Assembly: GCF_001194135.2 (NCBI RefSeq)
Contig: NC_068981.1
Span: forward strand, 159,202,908 to 159,266,813
Source of the DNA: Octopus bimaculoides
Lineage: Eukaryota
Reading direction: 5' to 3'
Length of the DNA stretch: 63,906 bases
Below the pieces are notes generated by a model. That model had not been told where the DNA came from, searched no databases, and saw nothing but the letters and a program-made list of their open reading frames with translations. A program made the translations under genes and the position numbers. Below, one piece after another: positions 36,176 to 49,573 of this stretch. Position 1 is the first letter of the stretch; each line of letters begins with the position of its first letter.

Positions 36176-38283
36176 ACTTGACTATAAAAAGGATTTAGAT
36201 AATTCTATCAGGTGGTGCTATTAAGTTAGACATAGCCTGGACCAATCTTTGGTAGAAACATATCTAAGTTTATCATTAATCTAGTGTTAGAAACATAAAT
36301 TGTGACTAAGATTTGGTAGAAGATTTTAATTCAGAACTTTTGAAAAGCAAGACAAATGGGATTAGAAAACTAGTGACTGCATTTCTATTCAAACAATGTT
36401 CCCTTAAAAGATTTCTATCCACGCCAAATTCTCAATATTTTTTTTCTCTCTGCAACATAAGGTAATACTTGTGAGTGTGTTCATCTCCAGTCCCTAACAT
36501 AAACTGTAAATTTCTGCAGAAACAGTAATATTGACAGGCTGTACCTCAAAAGAAAAGAGGGAGGAAGAAGTTTATAATTAGAACAGACAACTTTTGAATG
36601 ATACATATCATTCAGGCAGTACCTACTAGACAATGGAGCAAAAATAAATACATCAACCAAGTGCTTAAAGATTAAGAGAATAACATCCTGTGGATCAGAT
36701 GTGAACTCTTTAAGAAACACTCATTTCCTGAAAATCTCCCATATGAATCCAGAAATGTAATCCAAAGAAATGTAGAGAACAATGCTGAATAGTAGTTTGT
36801 ATGTTGGAAGGGGAATGGGAAGAATAAAATAAATAATTCAAATGAAGTTATAAAGATATTACAATGTTATGATTCACAGCAGTTTCATCTGAAAAACTAT
36901 TAAAATTTCAAAAACTGTCACTTGTAGGAATATTGCATTTCTAATTACAGAAACGAAGAATAGTGAGATGAAATAATGTATACTGGAGAAAAGAATGTGA
37001 AAACAAAGGTTGTTTGCTGAGTCAGGAAATACAACAGCTCAAAATATTAAGAGAATTTTGAAAAATAAAAAGACAAATAAAGCAAAAAATTTAATAGGTG
37101 AAGTACCATATTCGATGGCATCAAAGACACATTGGCATTATTATTAGCAGTGAAAGCTAATGGGAGGCATAACTTTATGGGCCTCAGGGTGATCTTTTTG
37201 AGACCTCTATTTTCTGAAAATAGCGTGTCTTATATGCCATCAAATATGGTATATAAATATATAAATGAACAGTACATAAATTAGAAAACTTATAAAACAA
37301 TAAATTGCTAAAATATGTCAATATGCAATTGAGATACGGGTCTTTTGAGTTTTATCAAAAACAGTTAGGGGAAACATCACTTGTGTTAACATTTGGTGTC
37401 AATCGCCTGAATTATATGGTCTGATCAACATTTAATCTGAGAACATCTAGGTAACATTTCATTCATTAGTCATTTAGCTTATTTGATGTAGGAATTTAAG
37501 AATGGTCTATTCAAGCAAGATCCTTTGCAATCTATGGCAAAGTACGCCAACCAAATGCCATTTATTATTATTAGTACTTAATGTACTAATGGACTTAGGA
37601 ACACTATTACTCCAAACTAAACATAAAGGAATAATAAGGAAATTTTATCTTTTAACCTTTACTTGTTTTGCTCATTGGACTGGAGCCATGCTGGGGCACC
37701 ACCTTGAAGGGTTTAGTCAAACAAACCAACCCCAGTACTTATCTTTCTTTTTAAGCCTGGTACTTATTCCATCATTCTCTTCTGCTGAGCTGCTAAGTTA
37801 TGGGGATGTAAACAAACCAACAACAGTTGTCAGATGGTAGTGGGAGACAAACACAAAGACTTCTGGACAGATATATACATATGATGGCCTTCTTTCAGTT
37901 TTTGTCTACCAAATCCACTCACAAGGCTTTGGTTGGCCCAGGGCTACAGTAGAAGACACTCGCCTAATGTGGCACACAATGGAATTGAACCTGAGACCAT
38001 ATAGTTGGGAAGCTTCTTACCACATAGCCATGCCTGTACCTATTAAAATCCTTAATTTAAAAAAAAATTTAACTCATAGTTATGTCATAGTAATATAACA
38101 TATTTCAAAGAAAAGCTGTCCCCTATTAACATAAAGGTGTGTATATACATACTCACACACATATATACAAACGTGTATCTGTGTAATTTTTCACGCAATT
38201 CCACCCAGCCATTTGACCATGAATCCCAAGACAAGAAAGAATCGCCCATGTCAAACTTATATGTATAGATTATGTAATATAGT

Positions 38284-38315
<32 letters not shown>

Positions 38316-38398
38316 ACTTAGATAACTTAGATTGGTTTCAGTCATTATCGGCCCAGGCCACGACTAACTCAGTAACACCACCTGGAAAAGTCTTTTAG

Positions 38399-39115
38399 TT
38401 AATTATTTCGGGACACCATGGACCACTCGAGCAGAAAGTTGTTGGTTGAGATGTACCCAGATGTAGGTGGTTTATCTAGTATTTCCTGGAGGAATTTGTC
38501 CAGGTACCGTTTGAAAGTTGTGGGGTCTTTTTCTACTTTCATTTCTTTTGGGATAACATTAAAAAGTGCTGGACCATTTGCAGTGAAGAAGTTGTGTTGC
38601 AATGTTCTTATGTGATGTGATCTTGACCTTTGTAGGGGACGCATTACACAGGGGCCTAGTCTTGGGTGAATTGTAAACATAATGCCAATACCATTTGGAN
38701 NNNNNNNNNACAGGGGCCTAGTCTTGGGTGAATTGTAAACATAATGCCAATACCATTTGGATAATATTGGTGGAATATTTTCCACATGGTGCAAATAATG
38801 TATCGCTCACAGCAGCATTGCAGAGAATAGAGCTTCAGCTGTTTAAGTCAAGCCCAATAATCAAGTCCTATCATGCCATTTTTTTTTGTGATTGATCTTT
38901 GTGGCACTTCGATCCTCATTATGTCTTGTTTTTTGTAGGGGGACCACAATGGGCAGCAGTATCCGAAATGGAACCAAGCAAATGTAGAGAAGAGAAGGAT
39001 GATGGTTTCATGATCCCTAGATTGGAAAGTTCTGAGGATCCATGAGCACATTCTGCAGGCAACATCGACTTTTTTGTTGATGTGCACACTCCAAGTAAGG
39101 TTGCTGTCAACAAAA
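38399..39115 (-). mobile_element. CR1-clade LINE ORF2 C-terminal fragment
   Basis: DSNLTWSVHINKKV...WILRTFQSR...CCPLWSPYKKQDIMRIEVPQRSITK and GPALFNVIPK...FKRYLDKFL. Confidence 0.85.
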
Positions 39116-39842
39116 ATTAATATAAACAGCAGTTTACAATGTTTTACCAAAAAGGAGAATTATAATTGTCACTAAATGTGACTAGGGTCAGTTACACACA
39201 CACACACACACACACACATATCTTTTAAATTTGCTTATGGTAACATTTTGAATATGCAAATAAAGCTCCTATTCCATTATGCTGGCCACTATCAAATGAT
39301 GCTGACTAGTGAACCAGTTTATTGGGGTTGCATCAAGTTATGCCGATATAATGTAGGATAAATATAATAATAATAACAATAACCCTTGGACGGAATTTAT
39401 AAACATTTAATGTGGAAACATATGTAGCTCACTAAGGGTGAGCACTTTAGTGCTTATTTCTAGCAATTTAGGTGCTATTCACACCCTTAGTCAAGTTTAG
39501 TTACCTCCACCAAAGAAGGAGGTTATGTTTTCATCAGCGTTGGTATGTCCGTCTGTGTGCAAAATAACTCAAAAAGTGTGAACGGTATTTGATGAAACTT
39601 GCAGAAAAAGTTGGTAATGACACAAGAGACAGATGATAAAATTTTGGTAGTGATCCAGGAATTCTTATGTATTCTTGGAAGGATTTTGCATTTGTTATAT
39701 TTATTTTACATATCTTGGCATTTGAAGCAGCTTGAGTTATGATAGTTTGAGCAAAAGAACTGGCTATTGTAAGCGAAACTATATATAAAAAAAAATGCAT
39801 TTGGCCAAATTTGGACATACGTCAGTTTAACATAACAGCAAT

Positions 39843-39878
<36 letters not shown>

Positions 39879-40193
39879 TATCACAGTTGATATGAAGCAT
39901 TGTTAAATAAAGTAATACTATTTTTAAAAAGCTATTACAATAGAAATTTAGAAACACAGTGTAAACAAAAGCAAAATGAAAACCAGACAAGAAAAATTGT
40001 TTGTTTTGATTATATTTCTCATGTATTTCAATTCTCAAATTTAAAAATATCTTGTTAAGAAAATGCAGGAACAGTTAAGGTCATCTACTCAAATAAAGTC
40101 ACCTATCGGTTATTGTTCAAATGATAAAATAATAAAAGGGAGCTGCTATACATACAGTGTTGTGTTAAATTAGTTAATCAGTATACATTTAAT

Positions 40194-40491
40194 CAAGCAT
40201 GTCAAACTGCAGTTACTCTCTGGATCACATTGCTCATATTCATGTTGTCAAGAGGCCCACGTATTTAACAACAAGGATTTCTGTCATATCAATTCTTTAT
40301 TATTAAGTAAAAACCATTAAAAACGTTTTTCTTGCTCATCAATAATAACCCTATTTTTATTAATTAAGTTATTATTAATTATTTTTATTATTAAAAATTG
40401 GCGGGGGTTGGGGTCCCCTTTCTAAACCTCTAGCTAAGTCACTTGCAGGCCACTCTTGAGCTTGAAAAGGGCTACATGTTTGACATGCCTG
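40194..40491. mobile_element. hAT-like MITE
   Basis: caagcatgtcaaac ... gtttgacatgcctg TIRs. Confidence 0.7.
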
Positions 40492-40594
40492 GTTTAGATC
40501 ATATCTGTTGTTTAATAGGTAGGTTAAGTTTGTAAACTACGACATCCTCTTTAATGTTCAAATTATATGTGCGGATATATAATTGCATATAGGA

Positions 40595-40628
<34 letters not shown>

Positions 40629-40712
40629 ACGCATGCATGCATGCGTGTTGGTGTCCACGTGTGTATGGGTGTGTATATCTTTGTGTATGTCTGTGAGTTT
40701 GAGTACACACAC

Positions 40713-40760
<48 letters not shown>

Positions 40761-41061
40761 AAACTTGCATAACTGTTGCTCACAGGCGAGTATGATCTGG
40801 TAGTTTGTAACCATTCTCTTGCTAATTGCTTTAGGTGCCAGTGTGGTTGTGAGTAGACATAAACACCTTCTCAGCCCATTCAGGATGTGAGAGCTGGAGG
40901 GAGAAAAGACTGCAGTCAGCTGCTACTCATTACAGCTTAGTAAACTGGAGCAACGTGAAATGATGTGACTTATTCAAGGACACAATGTGCTGCTTGGTCT
41001 AGGAATTGAACTCATAACCATATGAGACCAACACCCTTACTCTCTGAGTGTGCCTCCACAG

Positions 41062-41105
<44 letters not shown>

Positions 41106-41187
41106 TTATATATATTTATATGTATACATATATATGTATATGTGTGTGTGTATATANNNNNNNNNNNNNNNNNNNNNNNNNNNNNNN

Positions 41188-41262
<75 letters not shown>

Positions 41263-41272
41263 GGATAGATAT

Positions 41273-41308
<36 letters not shown>

Positions 41309-42035
41309 ACATGCATATATATGTATAGAGAGAGACCGATAAACACACATATATGTGTGTGTGAGTGGATGTGTGTATATGTACATATATGTGCACATAT
41401 ATGTATATATATATGTATATATACAGAGAGAAAGAGGGAGAGATAGGGTAGAGAGAGAGGGGGAGAGAGGGTAGAGAGAGAAAGAGAGAAATTGTAGGTA
41501 ATACAGAGTAGAATGATGCAAGATATTAGGTAGAAACAATTAGTGCTCAGGCAGATTTTGCACCTAAACTCCAGATTTAAATACAGGGATGTGCTAGATG
41601 CCTAAATAAAAATTGGCTACTGTCAATGTACCAATTGAGTTAGTGCAACATATAAGAGAACATAAGCATAAAAAGGTAGACAATAGTCAGATTATGGTAT
41701 GTTTATACTTCTAAACCATATAAAGAAAACCAAATACATTACAACAATTGAGAATGTTCCGCAACTGAGACTTTTCGGGATGCCTGTTTATGGATTGGGT
41801 TTTTTTTTTCTTTATATGGTGATTAAGTAGAAATATAATTTCACTTGATACCTGTTATTTGCCTGTTTATGCTTCAGTAAATGTTTGTATGAGGGTATAT
41901 TTGTGTATAAGCATAAATATATATGTACGTATGTACACATATGCTCACACACACACACACACGCACACACACACACACACATACATATGCATGAATACAT
42001 ATAAATATATATATATATATATACATACATATATA

Positions 42036-42067
<32 letters not shown>

Positions 42068-42870
42068 GGCACAGAAGTTGATGTGTGATAAGTAGTTTGC
42101 TTCCCAACCACATGGTTCCAGGTTCAGTTCCATTGCATGGCACCTTGGACAAGTGTCTTCTAGTATAGCCTCGGGCTGACCAAAGCCTTGTGAGTGGATT
42201 AGGGAGGCAGAAACTGAAAGAAGCCCATCATGTATATATATATATANNNNNNNNNNNNNNNNNNNNNNNNNNNNNNNNNNNNNNNNNNNNNNNNNNNNNN
42301 NNNNNNNNNNNNNNNNNNNNNNNNNNNNNNNNNNNNNNNNNNNNNNNNNNNNNNNNNNNNNNNNNNNNNNNNNNNNNNNNNNNNNNNNNNNNNNNNNNNN
42401 NNNNNNNNNNNNNNNNNNNNNNNNNNNNNNNNNNNNNNNNNNNNNNNNNNNNNNNNNNNNNNNNNNNNNNNNNNNNNNNNNNNNNNNNNNNNNNNNNNNN
42501 NNNNNNNNNNNNNNNNNNNNNNNNNNNNNNNNNNNNNNNNNNNNNNNNNNNNNNNNNNNNNNNNNNNNNNNNNNNNNNNNNNNNNNNNNNNNNNNNNNNN
42601 NNNNNNNNNNNNNNNNNNNNNNNNNNNNNNNNNNNNNNNNNNNNNNNNNNNNNNNNNNNNNNNNNNNNNNNNNNNNNNNNNNNNNNNNNNNNNNNNNNNN
42701 NNNNNNNNNNNNNNNNNNNNNNNNNNNNNNNNNNNNNNNNNNNNNNNNNNNNNNNNNNNNNNNNNNNNNNNNNNNNNNNNNNNNNNNNNNNNNNNNNNNN
42801 NNNNNNNNNNNNNNNNNNNNNNNNNNNNNNNNNNNNNTATATATATATATATGTATGTATATATATATAC

Positions 42871-42901
<31 letters not shown>

Positions 42902-43142
42902 CATAATGGATTATAACAAAAAAGGTAACACTTACTTGTTAGATTTCTTATTTATTTCTGTTCTTATTTACTATTGTTGTTAACATCTTTTTGTTTTCTA
43001 TTATTTCTTGGCCTCTCTTTGACCAGTCTTTTCTGTCCGAATTCTTGTTTCCACAACTGTACACTACAATGTTCCTAGCTCTACAAATTATATATATGTT
43101 CACATTTCAAATGCATACAGACATACACACACACATATATAT

Positions 43143-43198
<56 letters not shown>

Positions 43199-43777
43199 CT
43201 AGTTAGAGAAGTGGGGAGAAAAAGTGGCAGGGTGGTAGGAAAGGAGAGTAGAGAATGACAAAAAGAGAGAAGAAAAAGAGGAAAAGAGAAAGAGGGAGAG
43301 GGTGAGAGATGAAGTAAAGTTCTTAGTGGTCGTGTTTCAACTTCTGGTATAATTTACTTTGAAGACCAAAGACAGAGAGAAAGAAAGAGTTAGAGATAAA
43401 TAGAGAGCGAGAGAAAAATGGTAAAAGAAGGAAAGATAGGAAAGCAAAGAGGGAACAGGGTATTAAAGGGGTAACTGATCCTGTTACATTTTTTGTTATT
43501 CTCTTCAACAGTTAGAACAGTCTGAAAAATTTAAGCGCTCTATGTTTCTATGTTCTACTTTCGAATTGCTTGTCGGAAAGTGGGAAACTTGATAAAATAT
43601 AGAGCACAGAGTCTTTGAATTCTTTATTGCACCGGGAATCAGTTCTTATGATATATATATATATATGTAAATCTATTTTTCCTTGAGATAAAATCAAGAA
43701 ATAGGTCTTCCAATGACCTATTTCTTGATTTTAGTATATGAAGATTTGTATTGAGATAAGAGTCTATGTATATATGG

Positions 43778-43815
<38 letters not shown>

Positions 43816-43888
43816 GGAGTGAGAGAGAGAGAGACTGATAGATAGATAGATAGATAGACAGATAAACAAACAGATAGATAGGTATGTG

Positions 43889-43945
<57 letters not shown>

Positions 43946-43968
43946 ATGTATATGTATGCATGTGCATG

Positions 43969-44000
<32 letters not shown>

Positions 44001-45416
44001 AACATGTGCATGTGCACACACACACATGCATACATACATATGCACATTAATATAAACATAAGGAAAGGGGAATTATATATATGCATGTGTTGAAAGGAAA
44101 ATTATCATAACTGAAATATAAGAATCCCAAAAGTTATACCCGTTTTCCTTTTTCGATATATATCCTTTTTAAAGTGGGTGAGTGGTTTTTCAGAAATGGT
44201 AATTCATGCCACACTGAATTCTTACTATTTCAGTTACATAAACTTATGATTCCAAATTCAAATTTCAGATGGAAGACATTGCCATTCTTTCTTTCAAATT
44301 TCATTACATAGGTACCAGCAATATACTAGATCAGGGGTCAGTGAATTGGAGTAAATTACCCCAAGTGAAGTAAAAAGGAAATTCTTGGGGATAACGAGGA
44401 CTTATTAGACATAAGTAAGATTATATAAAAAGCGTGTTCCTTGTTACGACAGAAATTTTTCTTCTGGCATGAGGAGGCAGTCAAAAAGTTGCTGCCTTTT
44501 GCAACAAACTACTTTTACAAACAAGGATTTTCAACTCTAATCAACATAAAAACAANNNNNNNNNNGAAAAATCTTTTTGTTTCATAATGAAGATATTAAT
44601 TTATTTTATCGCATTTGTTTTATACCTTTTATATTTATAATTGTATTCTCCATATAAATAGATTCAATAAATCTTTTGAATTCAAAGAATCTATGATTTT
44701 ATTCCTTTCAAATCAATGGGTTAATGTTGGCATAAATAAATATATTTTGGGATAATTGGTTAAAAAATTTTCCTGATCTCTGTACTAGATGTTCCCTTAG
44801 AGTGGTGTCTGATGTGTGCCTAATGACTTATTCTACACAAACTAATTATGTGGAAAGGCCAAGAGAGTGAAAAAACTTTTATGATTGCTGGTCCTGCTAG
44901 AAACAGCAACCAAATCTCCTACAAATCACACCTAATTATCTTAGAAAAGGGCACATTGTACTGGCGTTGTACTGGTGTTGTACTGGCGTTGTACTGGCTA
45001 CTCACTGGGCACTTACTACTAACCCTACATGAGCATCTTGTCTCTGCACACAACTTTGATGTGTACCCCGATATCTTTTTGACACTAGGCACCCAGCTGA
45101 ATGGGATCCACTTGGATTCTCTGCACATGAAAAAATGACAGAATGGTCATGGCTGGAATGCCTCTAATCATTGCTGAAATGTCTCCTCTCAACCAGGGTC
45201 GATCTGTGATCAAACAACAACAACAACAACAACAGCAGAACAAGGCCCTTCACTATCAGTTGCCCCATTCCCAAAAGATGTTGGAAGCAATGAAAGATTT
45301 TCTACGAAAACACTCTATCTGCTCAAAATCATAGACAAATATCACTAAAATGAATACTCAATCAACTTAAAAAAAGATATGTTTAATAATGCTGATCAAC
45401 ATACACTCAAAGAGAA

Positions 45417-45482
<66 letters not shown>

Positions 45483-45837
45483 AAAGAGAGTCAACAGCCA
45501 AGATCCAGAGATGCTCAATATAGAACACACAATTTAAACTTGTCCTCCGAAGTCTTTATTGAGGGTTATTTCCTGACCTCTCCATCTTGACAAAGAAGGC
45601 CAAATTTATGGTAATGTTTATGTGAATCCCCTATTGGCAGCATATCCCTGAATAACATAACAGCTAATATGTAATTCTGAGCCCCTAGGAACAGCTGTTG
45701 AACTTAAAATATCATACCTTATCTCTTTAGCTTTCTGTATTTTTGTTCTCCATTTAAATATATTTATTTCGTAAATATATAAATATCTATATGCTTATAC
45801 ACAAGTGTTTATCTTTTGAATATTTTCAGGTTTTCTT

Positions 45838-45881
<44 letters not shown>

Positions 45882-45929
45882 ACTCACTCTCGCTCTCACT
45901 TACTCACCTCTCACTTTCTCACTATATGT

Positions 45930-46256
45930 TTCGCCCATACTGCTGCACTTGCCCTTACCTCTCCAACACCACCCTCCTCACCGGCACCCATCATCAACTC
46001 TATCGCATCACCGACACCTTCACCTGCACTTCTACCAACATCATCTATTGCATCTCCTGCTCTCTCTGCCATTCTCTGTACATCGGACAAACGGGGCGCC
46101 ACCGATTCGCGGAACATCTCCGAGGCATCCGCCTTGGCAATGACACCCCGGTGTCACGCCATTTCCGCTCTACTGGTCACTCCTTCCAGCAACACCTGTC
46201 CGTGTTTGGCCATCCGAATTCCCGTTTGCGCCGTGAACAGAGATTAATCTTCTCTC
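45930..46256 (+). mobile_element. Penelope-like GIY-YIG endonuclease fragment running into the gap
   Basis: CCTCPYL...FTCTSTNIIYCISCSLCHSLYIGQTGRHRFAEHLRGIRLGNDTPVSRHF. Confidence 0.88.
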
Positions 46257-46828
46257 NNNNNNNNNNNNNNNNNNNNNNNNNNNNNNNNNNNNNNNNNNNN
46301 NNNNNNNNNNNNNNNNNNNNNNNNNNNNNNNNNNNNNNNNNNNNNNNNNNNNNNNNNNNNNNNNNNNNNNNNNNNNNNNNNNNNNNNNNNNNNNNNNNNN
46401 NNNNNNNNNNNNNNNNNNNNNNNNNNNNNNNNNNNNNNNNNNNNNNNNNNNNNNNNNNNNNNNNNNNNNNNNNNNNNNNNNNNNNNNNNNNNNNNNNNNN
46501 NNNNNNNNNNNNNNNNNNNNNNNNNNNNNNNNNNNNNNNNNNNNNNNNNNNNNNNNNNNNNNNNNNNNNNNNNNNNNNNNNNNNNNNNNNNNNNNNNNNN
46601 NNNNNNNNNNNNNNNNNNNNNNNNNNNNNNNNNNNNNNNNNNNNNNNNNNNNNNNNNNNNNNNNNNNNNNNNNNNNNNNNNNNNNNNNNNNNNNNNNNNN
46701 NNNNNNNNNNNNNNNNNNNNNNNNNNNNNNNNNNNNNNNNNNNNNNNNNNNNNNNNNNNNNNNNNNNNNNNNNNNNNNNNNNNNNNNNNNNNNNNNNNTA
46801 TATATATATATATATATATATTATAGTA

Positions 46829-47307
46829 GGGTAGGTCGGTTTATAGGATTACCCTGGGTTTCTCGCTCATAAGGGGCTTAGCCTTACAGCATATATTCAG
46901 ACCCTTAATACTGCTGGTCTGAGACCTCTTTAAAATATGGAAGGGAAAAAAACCTCGTTTTTAGAGTAAAACCCTAAGTGATTATCTCCCTGTGCCATTG
47001 TCCAGTGATCTTCGGCCGCGCCGCCATCTTGCAATCACCAAGGCACTGTGAAGGTAAACGATTGTTGCCCTTCGGCCTTGGCTATTGATTTCCGGCTGTA
47101 GTGCCGCCCTGCAGATTCCAAAAAGCCAGCAGTGCTTTGGTAGCACTAGGGATAATCACCTAGGGTTTTATCTTAAAACGAGGTTCTTTCCCCCTCCATA
47201 TTTTAAAGAGGTCTCAGGCCAGACGTGTTTGGGGTCTGAAGGTACGCCGTAAAGCTAAACCCCTTATGAGCGAGAAACCCAAAGTAACTCCATAAACCGG
47301 CCTACCC
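46829..47307. repeat. Fold-back element with ~160 bp inverted arms
   Basis: 46829-46991 is the imperfect reverse complement of 47148-47307 (gggtaggtcggtttat... / ...ataaaccggcctaccc). Confidence 0.8.
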
Positions 47308-47949
47308 CACGATATAATATTAACTGCTCTACATCTTAGAGTGTGCTTCTCCTTCGAATTTATGTATTTCTACAAACTGCTTTCACGTTCTCTTCACCAA
47401 ACGTTTGTCTTAAAAGTTTTGAACGAATTCATTATGACTTAATCCAAATGCTATGAAGGAGCTGAAGAAAATCTAAGAATGGAAACTTCAGTTTATTCCT
47501 ACACATCAAAGGGCTCAGCTAAGCTTTTTTACGTGTTCAAAAAGCAATTAAAATTTTTATTTTCAGGAAACAAATTCCAAATTGTAGGAATATAACTGCA
47601 GATCTCATTATATCTCACGTTTGTTATCACAAAGTTTATAAAGAAAAGAAACTGCCATAGGATCATAGAACTTTTGACATTTTTATAAAGTGACTCCTAC
47701 TTTGAAGAGCCAAATACAAGCTGTAAAGCCCTATCGAGCAATTAACCCAAAGCGGGTGATAACGAAACGTCAAGTAATGTGGTTTACTAATTGTAAGTGT
47801 GAACATTTTTATATGTTAAATCTCCCCCATCGAGTGAATAGCGGCCGTTTAGAACATTATAATGATGTGAAATAGCTTCTCACTTAATGACTCGATATTT
47901 GAAACCAACTGAATCGTTAAGTCGAGATATTCACCCTTCTCTCTCTCTC

Positions 47950-48039
<90 letters not shown>

Positions 48040-48329
48040 AAATATCTTTATACACACACACACATATATATACTTATATATACGTATATATATACATACT
48101 TATATATACGTACATAAAAATACTTACCTACCTACCCACCTACCAACATACATACATACATACATACATGTGTATGCATATATATTTACATAATTTCATA
48201 ATTTTGCGCCTGCTTCCCATGCTGGCGCTAATTGAAGGCAGTATTATGGTCCTAACAGTTTTGTTTTTATTCGAAGTTGTTTATATTCCTAAACAGATTA
48301 AAGAACTACGTTTCACTCATAACTTTCAT

Positions 48330-48590
48330 TGTGGTGGGGTTGGGGGCTGGTTTCTGAGGCTAAACGCTCTTTCTATCACCAACCACTTTACAGGTCTAGA
48401 GAGGTTATTACGTCTTCGACAATGCCAAAATGTCTTCTTGATACTGTCTCCGATCATTTGTCAACCACTTTTTAGAATGCACTATGTGCACTTCATCGAG
48501 GCACCAGCCCTAGTGAGGTTGTCTGTTCTCCGTAAGATTCAAGAGTCCTCACTATTCTATGATGTGTTAGTATGCTCAAGGTAATTTGAT
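48330..48590 (-). mobile_element. Possible highly degraded Penelope-like C-terminal remnant
   Basis: Frameshifted translation loosely resembles the W.IL...C.LC...CRHRN end of PLE ORFs. Confidence 0.25.
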
Positions 48591-49139
48591 CGAGAAAGAG
48601 CGTTGAAGATAGAGCGATGACAAATCCAGTATTAGTGAATGGCGGGAGCAGATTGTGGTCCTCGTTACAGACGAGAAGTATTTCATATTTAATTGTTCTT
48701 CTCCATAATTTTTTTTCTATATCTCATTTTGATTTTTGATATATATATATATATATGATATTCTCCATACACTTAACAAATAAAAATACAAAAATGTAAT
48801 GATATATCTTTTTTCTACCTCCGACGAGATTCAACTTTATAATGATTTAATTATTATAATTAATTTCTAGAGTTTGAATTGAAACGGTAGTCAGAGATTA
48901 TATCTGTAGTGGATCTTGCATGCATGAAGTGGATTCGATCCACCATAGCCAAATTCAAATTAACACTGCAACAGAACTTTTCCCACGGTGGAACAATGGT
49001 TTTTCTGTGACTGCAGTTTTATATTTTCCAGATGCCTTTAGCTAGGCTGAAATAATGTCTTCACCACTTGACCCTTTCTAACCTCTTCTACTTCCCCAAA
49101 AGCTAGAATAGAGATAACGAGACCACCAACTAAATCTAT

Positions 49140-49573
49140 TGTTCTCAATGATATGTCTATTCTTCTGGATAGTTATAAAAGCAAGAACACCCCAAGCAAA
49201 AATAAGTCGGTAACGACTCAACGAGTTCAGTCTCATGGTGACGACTCAGTGACAACGAAGTCTGGCTGACCAGCTAGAACCTTGGTCAGAGGGAGAACTG
49301 AAGTTTACTGTCAGCAACTGTGAGACAACACCCTACAACTCTCTCTAGCTCTAATTCTGTTCTCTTACAACATCATTCTATCGCAATCTGTGGATTACTA
49401 CTAACAATTCGTATACGCCAAACTGTGCAAAGAAACATTCTGCCACATCTAACTTTCTTCTGCACGCTCTCGGATGTTATGACCTGCCCGTCGAAGCAAG
49501 GTATTGTAGCGTAACAATAAATAAATACTTCCTTAAAACTTCATGTATTGTTCATCGTTCCCATCTTACAACA
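49140..49573 (+). mobile_element. Possible truncated LTR-like fragment
   Basis: TATAAAAG near the start, AATAAA near 49516 and a cttacaaca end. No TSD found. Confidence 0.3.
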
